Shown piece by piece: positions 38,113-50,126 of a DNA stretch of 64,000 nt. Position 1 is the stretch's first letter. Each line of letters begins with the position of its first letter. The notes beneath the pieces are model-generated. The model was not told the origin of the DNA. It saw only the letters and a list, made by a program, of their open reading frames with translations, and did no database searches. Source of the stretch: Octopus sinensis (taxonomy: Eukaryota); NCBI RefSeq assembly GCF_006345805.1, contig NC_042998.1:9548001-9612000 (forward strand). Reading direction: 5' to 3'. A program made the translations under genes and the position numbers.

Positions 38113-38732
38113 TTAAAATTAATTTTTTTGAGTTTGTTTAATATATAAAGTTTATTTAAATATTAAAGAAAAAAACATTGATCTTGATATGTATAATTAT
38201 ATTATTTCAAGTATAGATATGTTTATTAAATTCTTGTCGTTGATTGTATATTTATATAATTCTTGTTCTTTATATATAATGATTTGTGCTTGGTTTTCAT
38301 TATAAACATTATTATGTATAACATTTGTTAGTTTAATAATCTTAGCTTAAAGCAAATCTTTTATAATAAATAATAAAGATAATTAGTTAAGGAATTCCTA
38401 ATGCAATATTTTTAGATTGACTTGTTATATAATTATTTAGGCAATGGAGTAACAATATTCTTCATTAACTACACAAAAAGACATTTCAAACAAACATTAC
38501 CTCAACCATATATGCTAATATGCATACAACATTAATTATAACAATCAGACATTTCTAAGTTTCCATTTAATGTTTTCACAAGTAGAGAAGATCAGATTCT
38601 AGTGAAGTTAACCTGAATTCAATGAGTTCTACCCTTTTGAATTTGATCATGCCCTGATTTTGAAATATCATTACCATCATGTTATGTCCACTTTCCCATG
38701 GGCTGGATGGAGTTTAATTAGGCTGATTTCCT

Positions 38733-38940
38733 ATTTCTTTATAGTCTACAAGGGGCTAAACAAGGACAGACAAAGGGATTAGGTTGATTACATCGACCCC
38801 AGTGTGTAACTGGTACTTAATTTATCGACCCCGAGAGGATGAAAGGCAAAGTCGACCCCGGCGGAATTTGAACTCAGAACGTAACGGCAGACAAAATATC
38901 GCTAAGCATTTCGCCCGGTGTGCTAACATTTCTGCCAGCT
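38733..38940 (-). mobile_element. SINE family B
   Basis: Nin-like core and head. Confidence 0.85.
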
Positions 38941-39843
38941 TGCTGATTTCCTATGACATAATGCCATTCCTGTTGCTAACCCTCAATTATTTTCAAGTAA
39001 GGTAATATTTTTCTATGGCCAGATATGTTTCCACAGAACATTGAAAACCAATGATACTGCTTACTCAAAGGTGACACTTATTTACAACTATTATATGATT
39101 TCAAGACAAAGATCACAAACACATATATAGATGTGCTTCATGGAAGAGATAATGATGGACTGAGATTTCTGGTGATATGGAGATTCTTGAGAAGACCTGT
39201 CCACCTGTGAAACTGAGTTCTCGAAGCAGTGTGTTTTCCACCCACATTTAATATTAAATTTTTCACAACCCTATTCCAATAAACCAAATTATATCTCTTC
39301 TTGCACTATATCTATCGCCTCCTCCCCATTCCTGCAGTCAAATTCTATCCTCCTTGCCCTGCTAACTGTATCATCATTATCCTGTTGTTTCCCCTGCCAC
39401 CATAGACACAGGTTTCACCAGTCAGTGCCCCCCCTCCTGATCCCTTTTTGAAATCACGTGAACTTCCTAATCACACAAACTGGGGCAATCCTCAACCATC
39501 CCATTCAGGAAGGGCATCCAGCTGTAAACAAAAAAAACCATGCCAAAACAGACACTGAAATCCAGTGCAATCTTCTGCCTAATCAGCTCCTGTCAACCCA
39601 TGCCAGCATGGAAAGCGAATGTTAAATGATGATGAGAGTACCATGAGAGTATGTCCATGGTACATCACCACCATCTCTCTCTAACTGGGGCAACCAGGTA
39701 GCATCTATCTTTACAGCAAGACACTTGCTTCTGTCCTTCTGTCATACTCTAGCCTCTCATCATCTGTTACAAAGCCACCTCCTTCAATACCAGCCTTCCT
39801 CTCAAAGGATCCTTGTCTAGCAAGTTACTTGGGGACCTTGTTA

Positions 39844-40165
39844 GTGCTGGTGCCATGTAAAAAGCACCCAGTCCACTCTGTAAAGTGGCTGGTGTTTGGA
39901 AGGGCATCCAGCTGTAAAAACCATGCCACAAAAGACTTCACTGGTGCTGGTGCCATGTAAAAAGCACCCAGTCCACTCTGTAAAGTGGCTGGTGTTTGGA
40001 AGGGCATCCAGCTGTAAAAACCATGCCACAAAAGACTTCACTGGTGCTGGTATCATGTAAAAAGCAGCCAGTCTGTTGTAAAGTGGTTCATGTTAGAAAG
40101 GGTACCCGGCTGTAAAAACCATGCCAAAGCAGACCTTGCTGGTGCTGATGCCATATAAAAAAAGA
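39844..40165 (+). repeat. 100-bp tandem repeat (about 3.3 units) inside an old RTE-type 3' UTR
   Basis: TGCCATGTAAAAAGC at 39851, 39951 and 40051; the first two units are identical. Confidence 0.9.
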
Positions 40166-40329
40166 CAGTCCATTATGACAGCGGTGCTTGGCATAGTCCT
40201 CAGGCTTGTGAAGTCCTGTCAAACTGTCCAACCCATACCAGCATGGAAGATAGCTGTTAAATGCTGATACATACACACAATAACGACGGCAGTTCATGTC
40301 CAAAGATCATGAGGTAGAGCAGCAAGCCC

Positions 40330-40765
40330 GTAAGTGGCTATGTAAACTTTTCCCTTGACTGACAGGCTTTGAGGTACTTTGGGCAAATATGTAGGTTTTG
40401 CTCAGATGGGAGCCATTTGGCATTTCTCAGCTGCTGCAGTTGCTCTGTCCTTCTCAAAGTTGCTTGCAATGGTCTGGATGCAGTATCACCATACCTTCCC
40501 AGGAACTGCCACTTCCTCCCATCCCGTGGGGGTCTATCTCTATCTGGAGGAAGCTGGTAATTCAGTCTTTAAAATGCTTTGGGAGTGGTGGTGTTTACTC
40601 TTCTGTCTCTTTCGCCCTGAAGAATATGACTTTTGGCATTCTGGATTTGTCCATGCATGAAACATGGCCTGCCCAATGTCCATGCATGAAACGCGAACTG
40701 CTGGAGGACTTCATTGTTGGTGATGTGTTCCTTCCATGGGAAGCCATGTCTTGACACACACACAC
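40330..40765 (-). mobile_element. Old RTE C-terminal remnant
   Basis: WKEHITNNEVL..WTLGRPCFMHGQIQNAKSHILQGE resembles RTE W.D...N.EVL..RW.GH..RM...R.PK..L.GE. Confidence 0.7.
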
Positions 40766-40769
40766 AATG

Positions 40770-41120
40770 GGCTTCTTTAAATTCTGTCTACAAACTCCAG
40801 TCATGCCCTCCGTTGTCAGCCAGGAGAATTCATCTCCAAAGCAATTGCCCCAGCTCCCCTTCAGGGTTGGCGAAAGCGATGTGGTGGACAACGAAAAACC
40901 TGGCTGATGACAGTCAAGGCTGATCTGGAACCCAACCTAGGTCCCTATATCTACAGCGTCCGCCGCCGGAATAGGGAGTGGTTGGAGATCACACAAGTCG
41001 TTAGCCTCAAATCGCCAGGCCTGGTCGGCGTTTGTGAGAGATGCAGCATTGAGGATGAATGAATGAATACTTGCTCAACCCACCCCAGGTAAATGCTGTC
41101 TCAAGACAAGAAGAAGAAGA
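40770..41120 (+). mobile_element. RTE 3' end of another lineage with (AAG)n tail
   Basis: GWRKRCGGQRKTWLMTVKADLEP...NRQAWSAFVRDA, then CAAGACAAGAAGAAGAAG. Confidence 0.7.
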
Positions 41121-41769
41121 AACTCCAGTCAATAATTTGGACACCTCAGGGATATAGTAGAAGACACCTGCCCAAGGTGCCATGCAGTGAGACTGAAATC
41201 AAAACTATGTGGTTGGGAAGCAAGCCTCTTTTATCACACACCAATAAAAAATGTAACACCACTAAAATCAATAAATCAAGTCAACTGTGTAGCCTTGACT
41301 TTGTTTCTAACTAAAATAATCAATTTTTATTTAAATCAGTTTACTTTGTTATATTTAGACAAAAAAGAAGAAGGCAGCAATATGTTAAAGGAATATATTA
41401 GTCTTACTTAAAAATAAAATGAAAAGAGTTTAATACTGGATTGATTAATCATTGTGAGAGGGTAAGTTAAATAGCTAAAAGCAATAGATTAAGAAGCCAC
41501 AGAAACTAAATCTAAGGATATTTCAACATCCTCAATCAATACCCAAGAGACTTAACTCCATCCTATGTCCACATCTTATTTCGTCACCATTGTAAAACGT
41601 TAAGATCCTGCAAAAATAAACTGTAGATAGAAACAGCCATTATTATTTTTAACTATTGAAATAAAATTTTATGAGAATGTCTATTTGTAAGATCAACAGT
41701 CATTTTTTTTCCCCCTACATCAACATAAAATGTAATCACTAGATAAAAACATTATTTACATTTGACAGA

Positions 41770-41975
41770 TATTTGTCCTCATCTTGTTTGTTGCTTCGGC
41801 AGATATACCCTCCAGCCTTCATCTTGGGGAAATTTCGAACCTGGGTTCTCATTCCTAAGTATTTTTCGATATTACTATTATTATTATTACTACAATTATT
41901 ATTCAGGTCACTGCCTGGAATCGAACTTGGAATCTTGGGGTTAGCAGCTCGCATTCTTAACCACTATACCAATTA
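41770..41975 (-). mobile_element. Short tRNA-derived SINE (Ser-GCU-like head)
   Basis: GGTATAGTGGTTAAG...GCTGCTAAC...AGTTCGATTCC followed by a non-tRNA body. Confidence 0.6.
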
Positions 41976-42029
41976 TGGAGTGAATTTTAGGGTTTATAAA
42001 TCTAACATTTTCCTATCCTTCCTTAATAC

Positions 42030-42648
42030 CGGTTTCCATATGCTACTTATATCTGCTTAGGAGGTTGTTGTGTCCTAGCATATGTGCTGCTTCTTTTAGT
42101 TTTCCTATTTTCTCGTGGTGTTCTCTGTCTATTATTTTAACTTCATCCCATAGGGGAAGATAGCTGCCATTTTTCCATACATGATCAGCTATACCCGATT
42201 TATCAATATCTCCTCGTGTTACAGCTTTGCGATGTTCATCTACCCTTATTTTGAAGGGGCGGCATGCTTTGCCTTTGAATAACCTACCACAGCTGCATGG
42301 GATGGAGTACACGCAGTCTTTGGTCATATTCTCTTCTATTGGTGGTTTTACTCGAAGGAGATATCTGCGAAGTGTTGCATTACTCCTGAATACAAGAAGA
42401 AGGTTTAGCTATGGGTTCGCCATTATCACTGATAATAGCCAATACATACATGGAATACGTTGAGAATTTGGCTTTAGGATCAACACCACTAAAAGCAACC
42501 CTATGGCTGCGATATGTTGATGACACCTTTATACTCTGGCCCCACCAAGGAAGATGTCCAAGTGCTGTTAGATCGTGTGAACTCAATAAAGCCATCTATA
42601 CAGTTCACAATGGAAAAGGAAAAAGACAATCAGCTAGCATTCCTTAGA
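42030..42648. mobile_element. Penelope fragment with 5' inversion (EN on -, RT on +)
   Basis: Minus 42043-42395: VYSIPCSCGRLFKG..IRVDEH (GIY-YIG). Plus 42405-42648: MGSPLS..WLRYVDDTF..IQFTMEKE..QLAFL. Confidence 0.9.
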
Positions 42649-42653
42649 CATAC

Positions 42654-42731
42654 CTGCCATGTGCTTAATCCAGTAGTACCTTGTGTCACCAGGTGAACAG
42701 ATTCCTGAAGGCTCACTGTATTAGATGAAGG
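42654..42731 (-). CDS. EEF2KMT: EEF2KMT exon 4
   Basis: PSSNTVSLQESVHLVTQGTTGLSTWQ (conserved GTTGL.TW); phase 0-0. Confidence 0.95.
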
Positions 42732-43584
42732 CTATAAAGAATAAACAAGTTAAATATAATCACACACGTAAAAAAATACATACACAGTTAATTGACATCG
42801 TATTTAAAGTATTCTGTACATTTACATAACAGTTCATTTGTCTAAAAATGAGTTTTTGTAAAAACAACTGCCTATAGAGAATCCTTTTGAAAACAGACAG
42901 TAATCATGCTTCAATGTTATGTTTCTGTGTCCTATACCTAATGAGATAAAAAATTAAAATTTAACAATTACCCTCGTTTTGCATATTTTCCATGATGGCA
43001 GGCCAAGTCAGGTATTATTTGGAGTTACTGCCTTTTTTGAAGAGACAGAAGACTACATCTTGCTCGTATGTACAAGTTTTTGCATTATTTCTATTGCTGG
43101 ATGCCTTTCTTCACACCAATTTTGAATATTGTTAAATAAGTGTGGCAGAGAAACAGTTAAATATAGATATCACGGCAGGCAATTTTAATGGTTGTACTGG
43201 GAAACGCCAGGATAACTATACTGATAAGATATGGCTATGGTACACAATGAAAAACTGAAAATCAAAACCCCATCTAACCAACAGGATACCTACTACTATA
43301 TAGGGCAGGGGAGCTGGATTAACTCTATTCTTGTGAGAAAATTAGATTTGCAAATTATTGTGAATACTAGGATTCTCTTTGGTGAGAAAGGTACCCTTCA
43401 GTATTAGAATCAGTGGTTGATAATTCAGGGTTTAAAACAAAAGAAAATTAGGAAACACATTACTATTAGTTGAAGAAAAATAAAGTCCAAATATCTTTGT
43501 CAGGAGAATGATTCAAGAACACTTGGTTGAAAAAAACAAAAAGTAAATTATTATTAACACATTGATATAAAAATTCCAACTTAC

Positions 43585-43695
43585 TAACGTGTATGTCTTG
43601 TAGCAAAGAGTATCATCTTCTTCCTCTTTTTGATTGAGAATATCAGAATAAACTTCATACACCTCATCACAGACTTCAGACTCGCACGACTCAAG
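43585..43695 (-). CDS. EEF2KMT: EEF2KMT exon 3
   Basis: LESCESEVCDEVYEVYSDILNQKEEEDDTLCYKTYTL; AG/GTAAG, phase 0-0. Confidence 0.9.
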
Positions 43696-44111
43696 CTAAA
43701 AAGAATTAACCAGCAGTAAAGCTTATCAGAAAAAAAAGAAAAAGAAAAAACAAAAAGAGTAGTTTTTGTCAACTCATCAAACAAACATGTACAGTGGAAG
43801 CAAAAAAATAAAAAAAAGATAGAATAGAAATAATCTGGATTCTGAAACAGTTAATCAACTATGTTTAATGGCTTCTTGATGGAACATTTTTTATCAGCCT
43901 CATAGAACTGCATACTCAGACTTCCTAAGTTTGCACAAAATATTAAAAGAAAAATTTTATAGCTGAATAATTTACATAAAACTAACCTAGTAATTGACAG
44001 TGATAACATTTTCCAGATATGTATAGTGAAGCAAATAGATGATGTATGTTGAATACAAGTATGGAATATTATATTGCATTCAAAAAAGTAAACTGAACAC
44101 ATCTTTAAATT

Positions 44112-44560
44112 ACATCATCATCATTGTTCGACTGTGGTTGAGACAATGGAATTTACCATGCTATGCCAGACTTCACGGTCCATCATGGCATTACGGAGGT
44201 CCTGTTGCTGGATGCCTGTATCCCTGGAGATTACATCAGGGTAGGAGAGTGTGCGCCCTCTAGTATTGCGAGTAGATGGCTTCCAGAGGAGAAGAGTAGA
44301 AATTACCTCTTTTTCAGCTCTACAACAATGTCCAGCAAACTGGACTCTTCTACCTTTCACAAGAGATGACACAGGGGGTAGTTTCCTATATATTTGCATT
44401 TTGGTTAGATGGCGCCTCCACGAAAGATTTTGACAGTTTAATGACAGTTTTCCATTACCTGCTTCAGGCAAGCTCAGTACTTCAAGAAGACATCTGCTCA
44501 TTAGTGAATTGATATAGCAATGGTCAGGAATCAAAGCCAAGTTGCAGTCTTTGCATGCTG
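44112..44560 (-). mobile_element. RTE 3' end in EEF2KMT intron 2
   Basis: RRVQFAGHCCRAEKEVISTLLLWKP..RGR..DLRNAMMDREVW followed directly by (GAT)n. Confidence 0.85.
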
Positions 44561-44764
44561 GGTGTTTACCTTCTCTACGGTGCCAGTATCAAATAAAACT
44601 ATATGGAAAATAACTATTTCAAATACTATAAGATTCTAAAATAAAATTAGAAACAACAAAAAGGCACTTATGATGATCAGGATATAAGTGCCATTAATCA
44701 CGGCAATTAAAAATCATAATTAAGCAGGATAGAAGAAGAATGTTACTAGTAACTAATTACTTAC

Positions 44765-44905
44765 TTTATGAAGGAAATGTTTCACAAAATTACGTTGGTA
44801 AGTAAGAGAGGGTGGATATTTTTCACAAAGAGGACTGGTTATAGTGGCACTTAAGACCTTCTTTTGAGCTTCTGGTCCCAGTTCTGATCCTTCAAAAGTA
44901 TAATT
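44765..44905 (-). CDS. EEF2KMT: EEF2KMT exon 2 (FAM86 domain)
   Basis: ...VLSATITSPLCEKYPPSLTYQRNFVKHFLHK matches FAM86 HPVC..HPPS..Y...FL; phase 0-0. Confidence 0.92.
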
Positions 44906-45578
44906 CTGAAAAAGAAAAAAATAAACATTGTTGTAGGGTTTTGCGAAATTGACTTGGAATAATTGGTCTCATAAAATAAGCTCATATAATATATTTAAAA
45001 TGCTCACAAGCATTCAATGAACATACAAGATACAATAAAACAGTCTTGTGTTTTTTTTCTGAACTAATCTTATCAGTTTAGTAACAACGTCTTAAAACAC
45101 AAAACCGATTTTAAAAGGATGCATTAGATTGTTTGACCGCAACACATTACTGGTATGCATTTCTTAGATACCAAACAAATACAATTTTTTTTTTTTAGAT
45201 AACAGATAGATATAATCTAGAGGTACTTGCTTTATGAAACCCGTGTAAAGGAACTGATCCGATTATATACTAGCTGTAAAAATTATAATCGCGAAAATAT
45301 TTTGTTTTTTCATTCAATGTTAATTTCCGTATCGATAGAATCGATTTCAGATTGAATTGACACGGTGGGAAATGCAGCATTTTTGTTAAAGATTGTGATA
45401 GGTGCATGCAATAATCATAATTCAACAACAAATTCATAAATTTTCTTTTATTCAAAGAATCGTCTAATTAGTACTCGGTAATTGTTTCACCTCATCACGG
45501 TTTCTCAAAAAGGTCACCGTATTAGTGTATGTGCATATATATATATATAATTATGTAATTCGAGCAGGTGAGGGTTTG

Positions 45579-45615
<37 letters not shown>

Positions 45616-46192
45616 ATGGACTGCAAACAAATAAATTTGAACTGCGGAGTCATTTTTATTTTTGTTTTAAAGATAATTTTTGTAATCAATTTTTTTTTAC
45701 ATAATTTGATCGTAATGAATTTCGGTACACATGAAAATGGTTATATTAATTTGAAAGGCAATGAAGAAAAATAAAAAAACAGAATTAAACATTGAGATCA
45801 AACATCAACGAATTGATAATTTCATTTTTTTTTTAATGAAGCACTTTTAAAAAAAAAAAAAACATTTTAGGTGCAATAATTAATTAAGCTTTTCATTGCA
45901 AGTGTGAAATATAAATTAAAAACAATGCATCTGTAGAGATGAAAGTTAATTATATATCGTGTTTTGCTAGTAATTACATATGAAATACACCAAAACAAAA
46001 CAAGAGATGAAATAATGTGAGCAGAGATGGTTTTTCAAGTAAACAGATTCTGTTGGAAGAAAGAAAACAAAAACCATTTTAATCCCAAGGAAGAGGATAA
46101 ATGTATTGTGCAGAAACAAGAGAGCGGTTATTAGCTGCGAACAGCGAAGGAGGTAGAAATAAGAGATGGAATTGCATGTAGAAGTGACTTAC

Positions 46193-46294
46193 ACCCCATT
46201 TCATTTTCCTTATAGGCACCATTTCGAAGAACTGAGTCACAGTTTCCCAAAGAAGTTTGTCTTCCAAGGAACTGCCACTCACACACGCCGCCAT
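46193..46294 (-). CDS. EEF2KMT: EEF2KMT exon 1
   Basis: AAGATGGCGGC start; MAACVSG...QFFEMVPIRKMKWG|GTAAGT. The 8 exons sum to 1281 nt = 426 aa plus stop. Confidence 0.88.
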
Positions 46295-46420
46295 CTTTTA
46301 TCTTGATTAATGCTTCGTTCAATCCGATTGGTCGGTTGAGTTACCTCGTTGCCTTTCATCCAATCAGAACCCTCCGTACAAAAAAAATCGCCTTTCCTTT
46401 ACCCTCCCCCTTCCCTTTCA
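46287..46420. promoter_or_regulatory. Compact bidirectional promoter (EEF2KMT / probable RNPS1)
   Basis: YY1-type GCCGCCATCTT at 46287-46297; opposed CCAAT boxes at 46327-46331 and 46360-46364; CpG retained locally. Confidence 0.65.
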
Positions 46421-46478
46421 CTTCTACGACGACCATTTATAACAAGCGTTGGACTTTTTTAACATTTTCCCTCAAAAT
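46420..46478 (+). CDS. RNPS1: Probable RNPS1 exon 1 (mostly 5' UTR, start unknown; supplies the AT of the start codon)
   Basis: CAAAAT|GTAAGT donor. AT plus the first G of exon 56172 gives ATG in the S-rich frame. Confidence 0.5.
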
Positions 46479-49400
46479 GTAAGTTTCTGAGACTCTTTTT
46501 TTGTGTTTTTTTTACTAATAATTCCTTTATTTACCGTAAAATCGAAACCTTTTAAAACCATTCCGCAAGTCGAGTATCTTATTTCGGTGTCCTTTAATGT
46601 GTATTTTGTGAAGTCTCTTGACTTTTCGCTGATCCTTTTTCTGCTTTGCTCTAAAAAGTCCCGACAAAATGGACAGAAACACGTGAAACCGGCAAAAAGC
46701 TCTCAGCCACCGAATTTCCTTTTATTTCCAATTTCTGAATGAAGAAACCAAAAACAAAAACGAGAGAAACAATCATTGATCTAATAAATTTCATTAGATC
46801 CCATTTATTTCGATTCTTAATACATCTTCCTAAACACAGTTTTGAATTTTGATTTTTGAATTGTATCTTTTTCTTCCTAAATATTTATATTCCATTTATT
46901 ATTCTTTTAGCCATAATTCATGCGAAATGTTATTGTCGTTTACCGCTTTAACATTCCAATACTGAAACAGAGACATGTCCAGGTCATGTTTAATTAACGA
47001 ACAATGGACGTTTGTGTAGGTGTAGCTAATTTCACCAGGGATTTTAAGACAAGTTAAGAAACAAGAAAAAAAGAGGGACTAACAATGGCCATCGACTCAA
47101 AACATTCCATTTTCTTTCTCCTTTTGCTATTTGCAATCTTTATTTATCTAAAAATCACTCTGCTTTTATTTAAAATATACATTTGTTACCTACCAACCTC
47201 CAACGATGCAATCAGTTTTCACTTTATTCAGATGAAACTAATTAGGAAATGTTATTATTTTTTCTTCCCCTACTGTTAATATAAACCTTAATATTATTGG
47301 TAAAATTACTCTTTCACGAATCACGAGAGTTCGCCGTTCCATCCTTGGCTTCCCAGCGTTATATGCAGGCGGTAGATGATGATGATGATAAACCCTCACC
47401 TGGAGAAGACGCCAGTCCATCTCAGGAAACTTCCTACAACTTCTGTTACTTCTATTACAACTCAATCGACCTTTTTATTTGCTTCCTTTTTCATTATTCA
47501 GTTTGACTCTTTATGTTTTTATGTCGAAATCTTTGGGTCAGCGGTTGCTATAGTTGCGTATACATGGTTTAATCAGTATTTGGTACTTGGTACCATGGAT
47601 ATGTCCTGCCCTTAGCGTTTGGTTGTGAGTTAGTATTTATTATTCTATTAAGTGTAAAGATTAAAGTATGACTGATTTTTAATGCCTCTGTTTCTCTTGT
47701 ATTACCCCTACGTTGTGTTCTAGGTATTTTTTATGGCCCACAATCAGCGAATTCTGCCAAATTTCAAAATATACCCTCATATTTACCTTTTATAATTATA
47801 CCTAATCAGTGCATTGTTGTAACTGGGCCCCTGTTTAACCCATATCAAAAAGATCTATGTACCAGCCACGATTTTTTTTCAGTGTGTCCCTACTCTTAAA
47901 ACGGCGGTTTGTAATTTGAAGATTTTGCTGCTATTTCTAGCAAGCTGTGCAACTGCGTAGAAGTTTTCTTCGTCGGTTCAAATATTCTTACAATTGATAT
48001 TAACTGAGATAGAGTAGTGATCTTATCGACCTGCACGAAGTAGCAGCCAAATTTTCCTTAAATCATATCTTATGTTAAGAGAAATGCAGTCTGGCAGGTG
48101 GCGAGGTGAGACCGACATCGCTGCAATGTCTGATCTGGGACTAAACAAAAACATTCAGAGAAAGGGGACACATACAAAGGGATGTAATACCTTGTGTTTT
48201 GAACCCTTTGATATTTCATATTTCAGTGTAATGGATATTAAACTATTTCGTGGATTAAAACTGTTGCATTACACAGGACAAATGTAAAGCGACTATTTAC
48301 AACAGATGTTTTTTGTTTCATTGGTTGGATCTTTGATCTTTTTTTCTAGGCCTCCCAGACGTGAGAGAGCGATGAAATTAATGCTTAGCTAAGAAGTTCT
48401 TTAGGGAAAACGTGAGAGAAAATTCTTGAGCGTTTGCAGCTCTAAGGTAGAAAAAGGAAGTGTACCGTGTGAACCGTAGCGGAAGCTACGGTTTGCAGGT
48501 AACTCATTCAAAGGAGCAGATGGCATTGTAGCACTGATATAAATAGTGGAGAAGAAACAATGTCTGTGAACCAGTGGTGTGGCCTTATATGTATAAGGCC
48601 ACACCATTGGTGTGTATATATATGGCTAGTGTTTGAAACAAATATTTAACAGTTATATTGTGAGGTCACTATGAGAGGTCATTAGAAATTGTTTAACAAG
48701 AACTATAGCATTTAGAGTAACTTTGAGAGCTACAGCTGTGAGTTGATCATGTGTAGTAGTAAAGCTATATTGTATGATTATTCCCTGTGTAAAAAGAGTA
48801 AGTCTTTATTAAATCTAGTTCTATAAGATATTGTTGATAGTCACTAAAGATGGAAGAAGAGAACCTCAAAGAGTTAAAGATCCTTGTTTATTGTTGTTTC
48901 TTTCACCTTTGAAACGTTGGGTATTCTTTTGAGGAATGGTCAAAGAAGAGTTTAATGAGGATCGGAACTAGCACTGCAGCATACAGTTTGATCACTCACT
49001 TTGTTAGGGTGGAGTGATCAGAAAAGTTTTCATGTTATGCAAACTATTCATATCTTCATCATCATCATCATCGTTTAACGTCCGCTTTCCATGCTAGCAT
49101 GGGTTGGACGGTTCAACTGGGGTCTGGGAAGCCTGAAGGCTGCACCAGGCCAGAGGTGATGAAATTGGTAAGGCAGAGAGAGAGTATTTGAGAGGCTTTG
49201 TTGTGTATGAGTGAGTTGCAAATTCATTGGGTTTGTTAAGTGCTCTCGTTACAGACTAATTTAGGTTCAGGTGTGGCAAGTACAAAGAATGGAAAATTGA
49301 TAGTGCTCTTGACAAGGGGTCATAATAATATCTTGTGTGTTATGGAAGGTATCATAAATAGTATTTGTACATCTGGGTATTATGAAGGATGAGTAGGAAC

Positions 49401-49540
49401 ATACCCTACAGGAATGGTATTGGTCATCCACTTAGCTATCTCTGATGAGTCAAAGGTGAAACACATTTACTGTCAAAAGTAGTCAGTGAAGAATTGGTAG
49501 AGTACCAACTAGTTTCATAACTTGAAGTACCAAAACGTTT

Positions 49541-50126
49541 TCTGGCTTTCATTCAGTCATTTATCTAATTAATTATTTTTCCCCCTCAAATATAGTATTC
49601 AAACTAGTTGCTTCGATTCTCTCTCTCTCTCTCTCGTGTTTCCGTCCCCTTCCCTAATTCCCTTATAAAAGCCAGCGTGCGATCGTATCTGATCCCTATT
49701 CACTCGCTACACCTTCAGAGAAAACCAGACTTCCAAAAATGGCCAGCTAAGTCAATTTCATCCTGCTCTTTTCATATTTTTAAGCGTTTTGTTTGGATAG
49801 CTTGATCTGTTCTCCCTTCGTTCCCCTATTCTCTAAACATGGCGACTTCACGCATTGCATTTTTAAAGTTTATTTTCCTTCAGGGCCATCTTCGATGTTT
49901 ATCCATTCTCCTCCGAAATATGCCCCCTCGTCTCTTACCGTATTTTTTTCATTATTTATCTATTCTCATTCTCTACCGTATTTTTTCATTATTTATCTAT
50001 TTCCATTCTCTACCGTATTTTTTATTATTTATCTATTTTCATTCTCTCTCTGGCTTTCATTCAGTCATTTATCTAATTAATTATTTTTCCCCCTCAAATA
50101 TAGTATTCAAACTAGTTGCTTCGATT
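49541..50126 (+). repeat. Identical 78-bp direct repeats (49541-49618, 50049-50126) enclosing a CpG-rich segment and a ~35-bp triple tandem
   Basis: Read directly from the sequence; lies immediately upstream of the RTE LINE. Confidence 0.9.

Noticed and set aside
41900-41975. tRNA-like sequences here and at SINE heads (8038, 13425, 32726, etc.)
   Set aside because: A and B boxes are present but there is no complete acceptor stem or terminator, and each continues into a repeat body.
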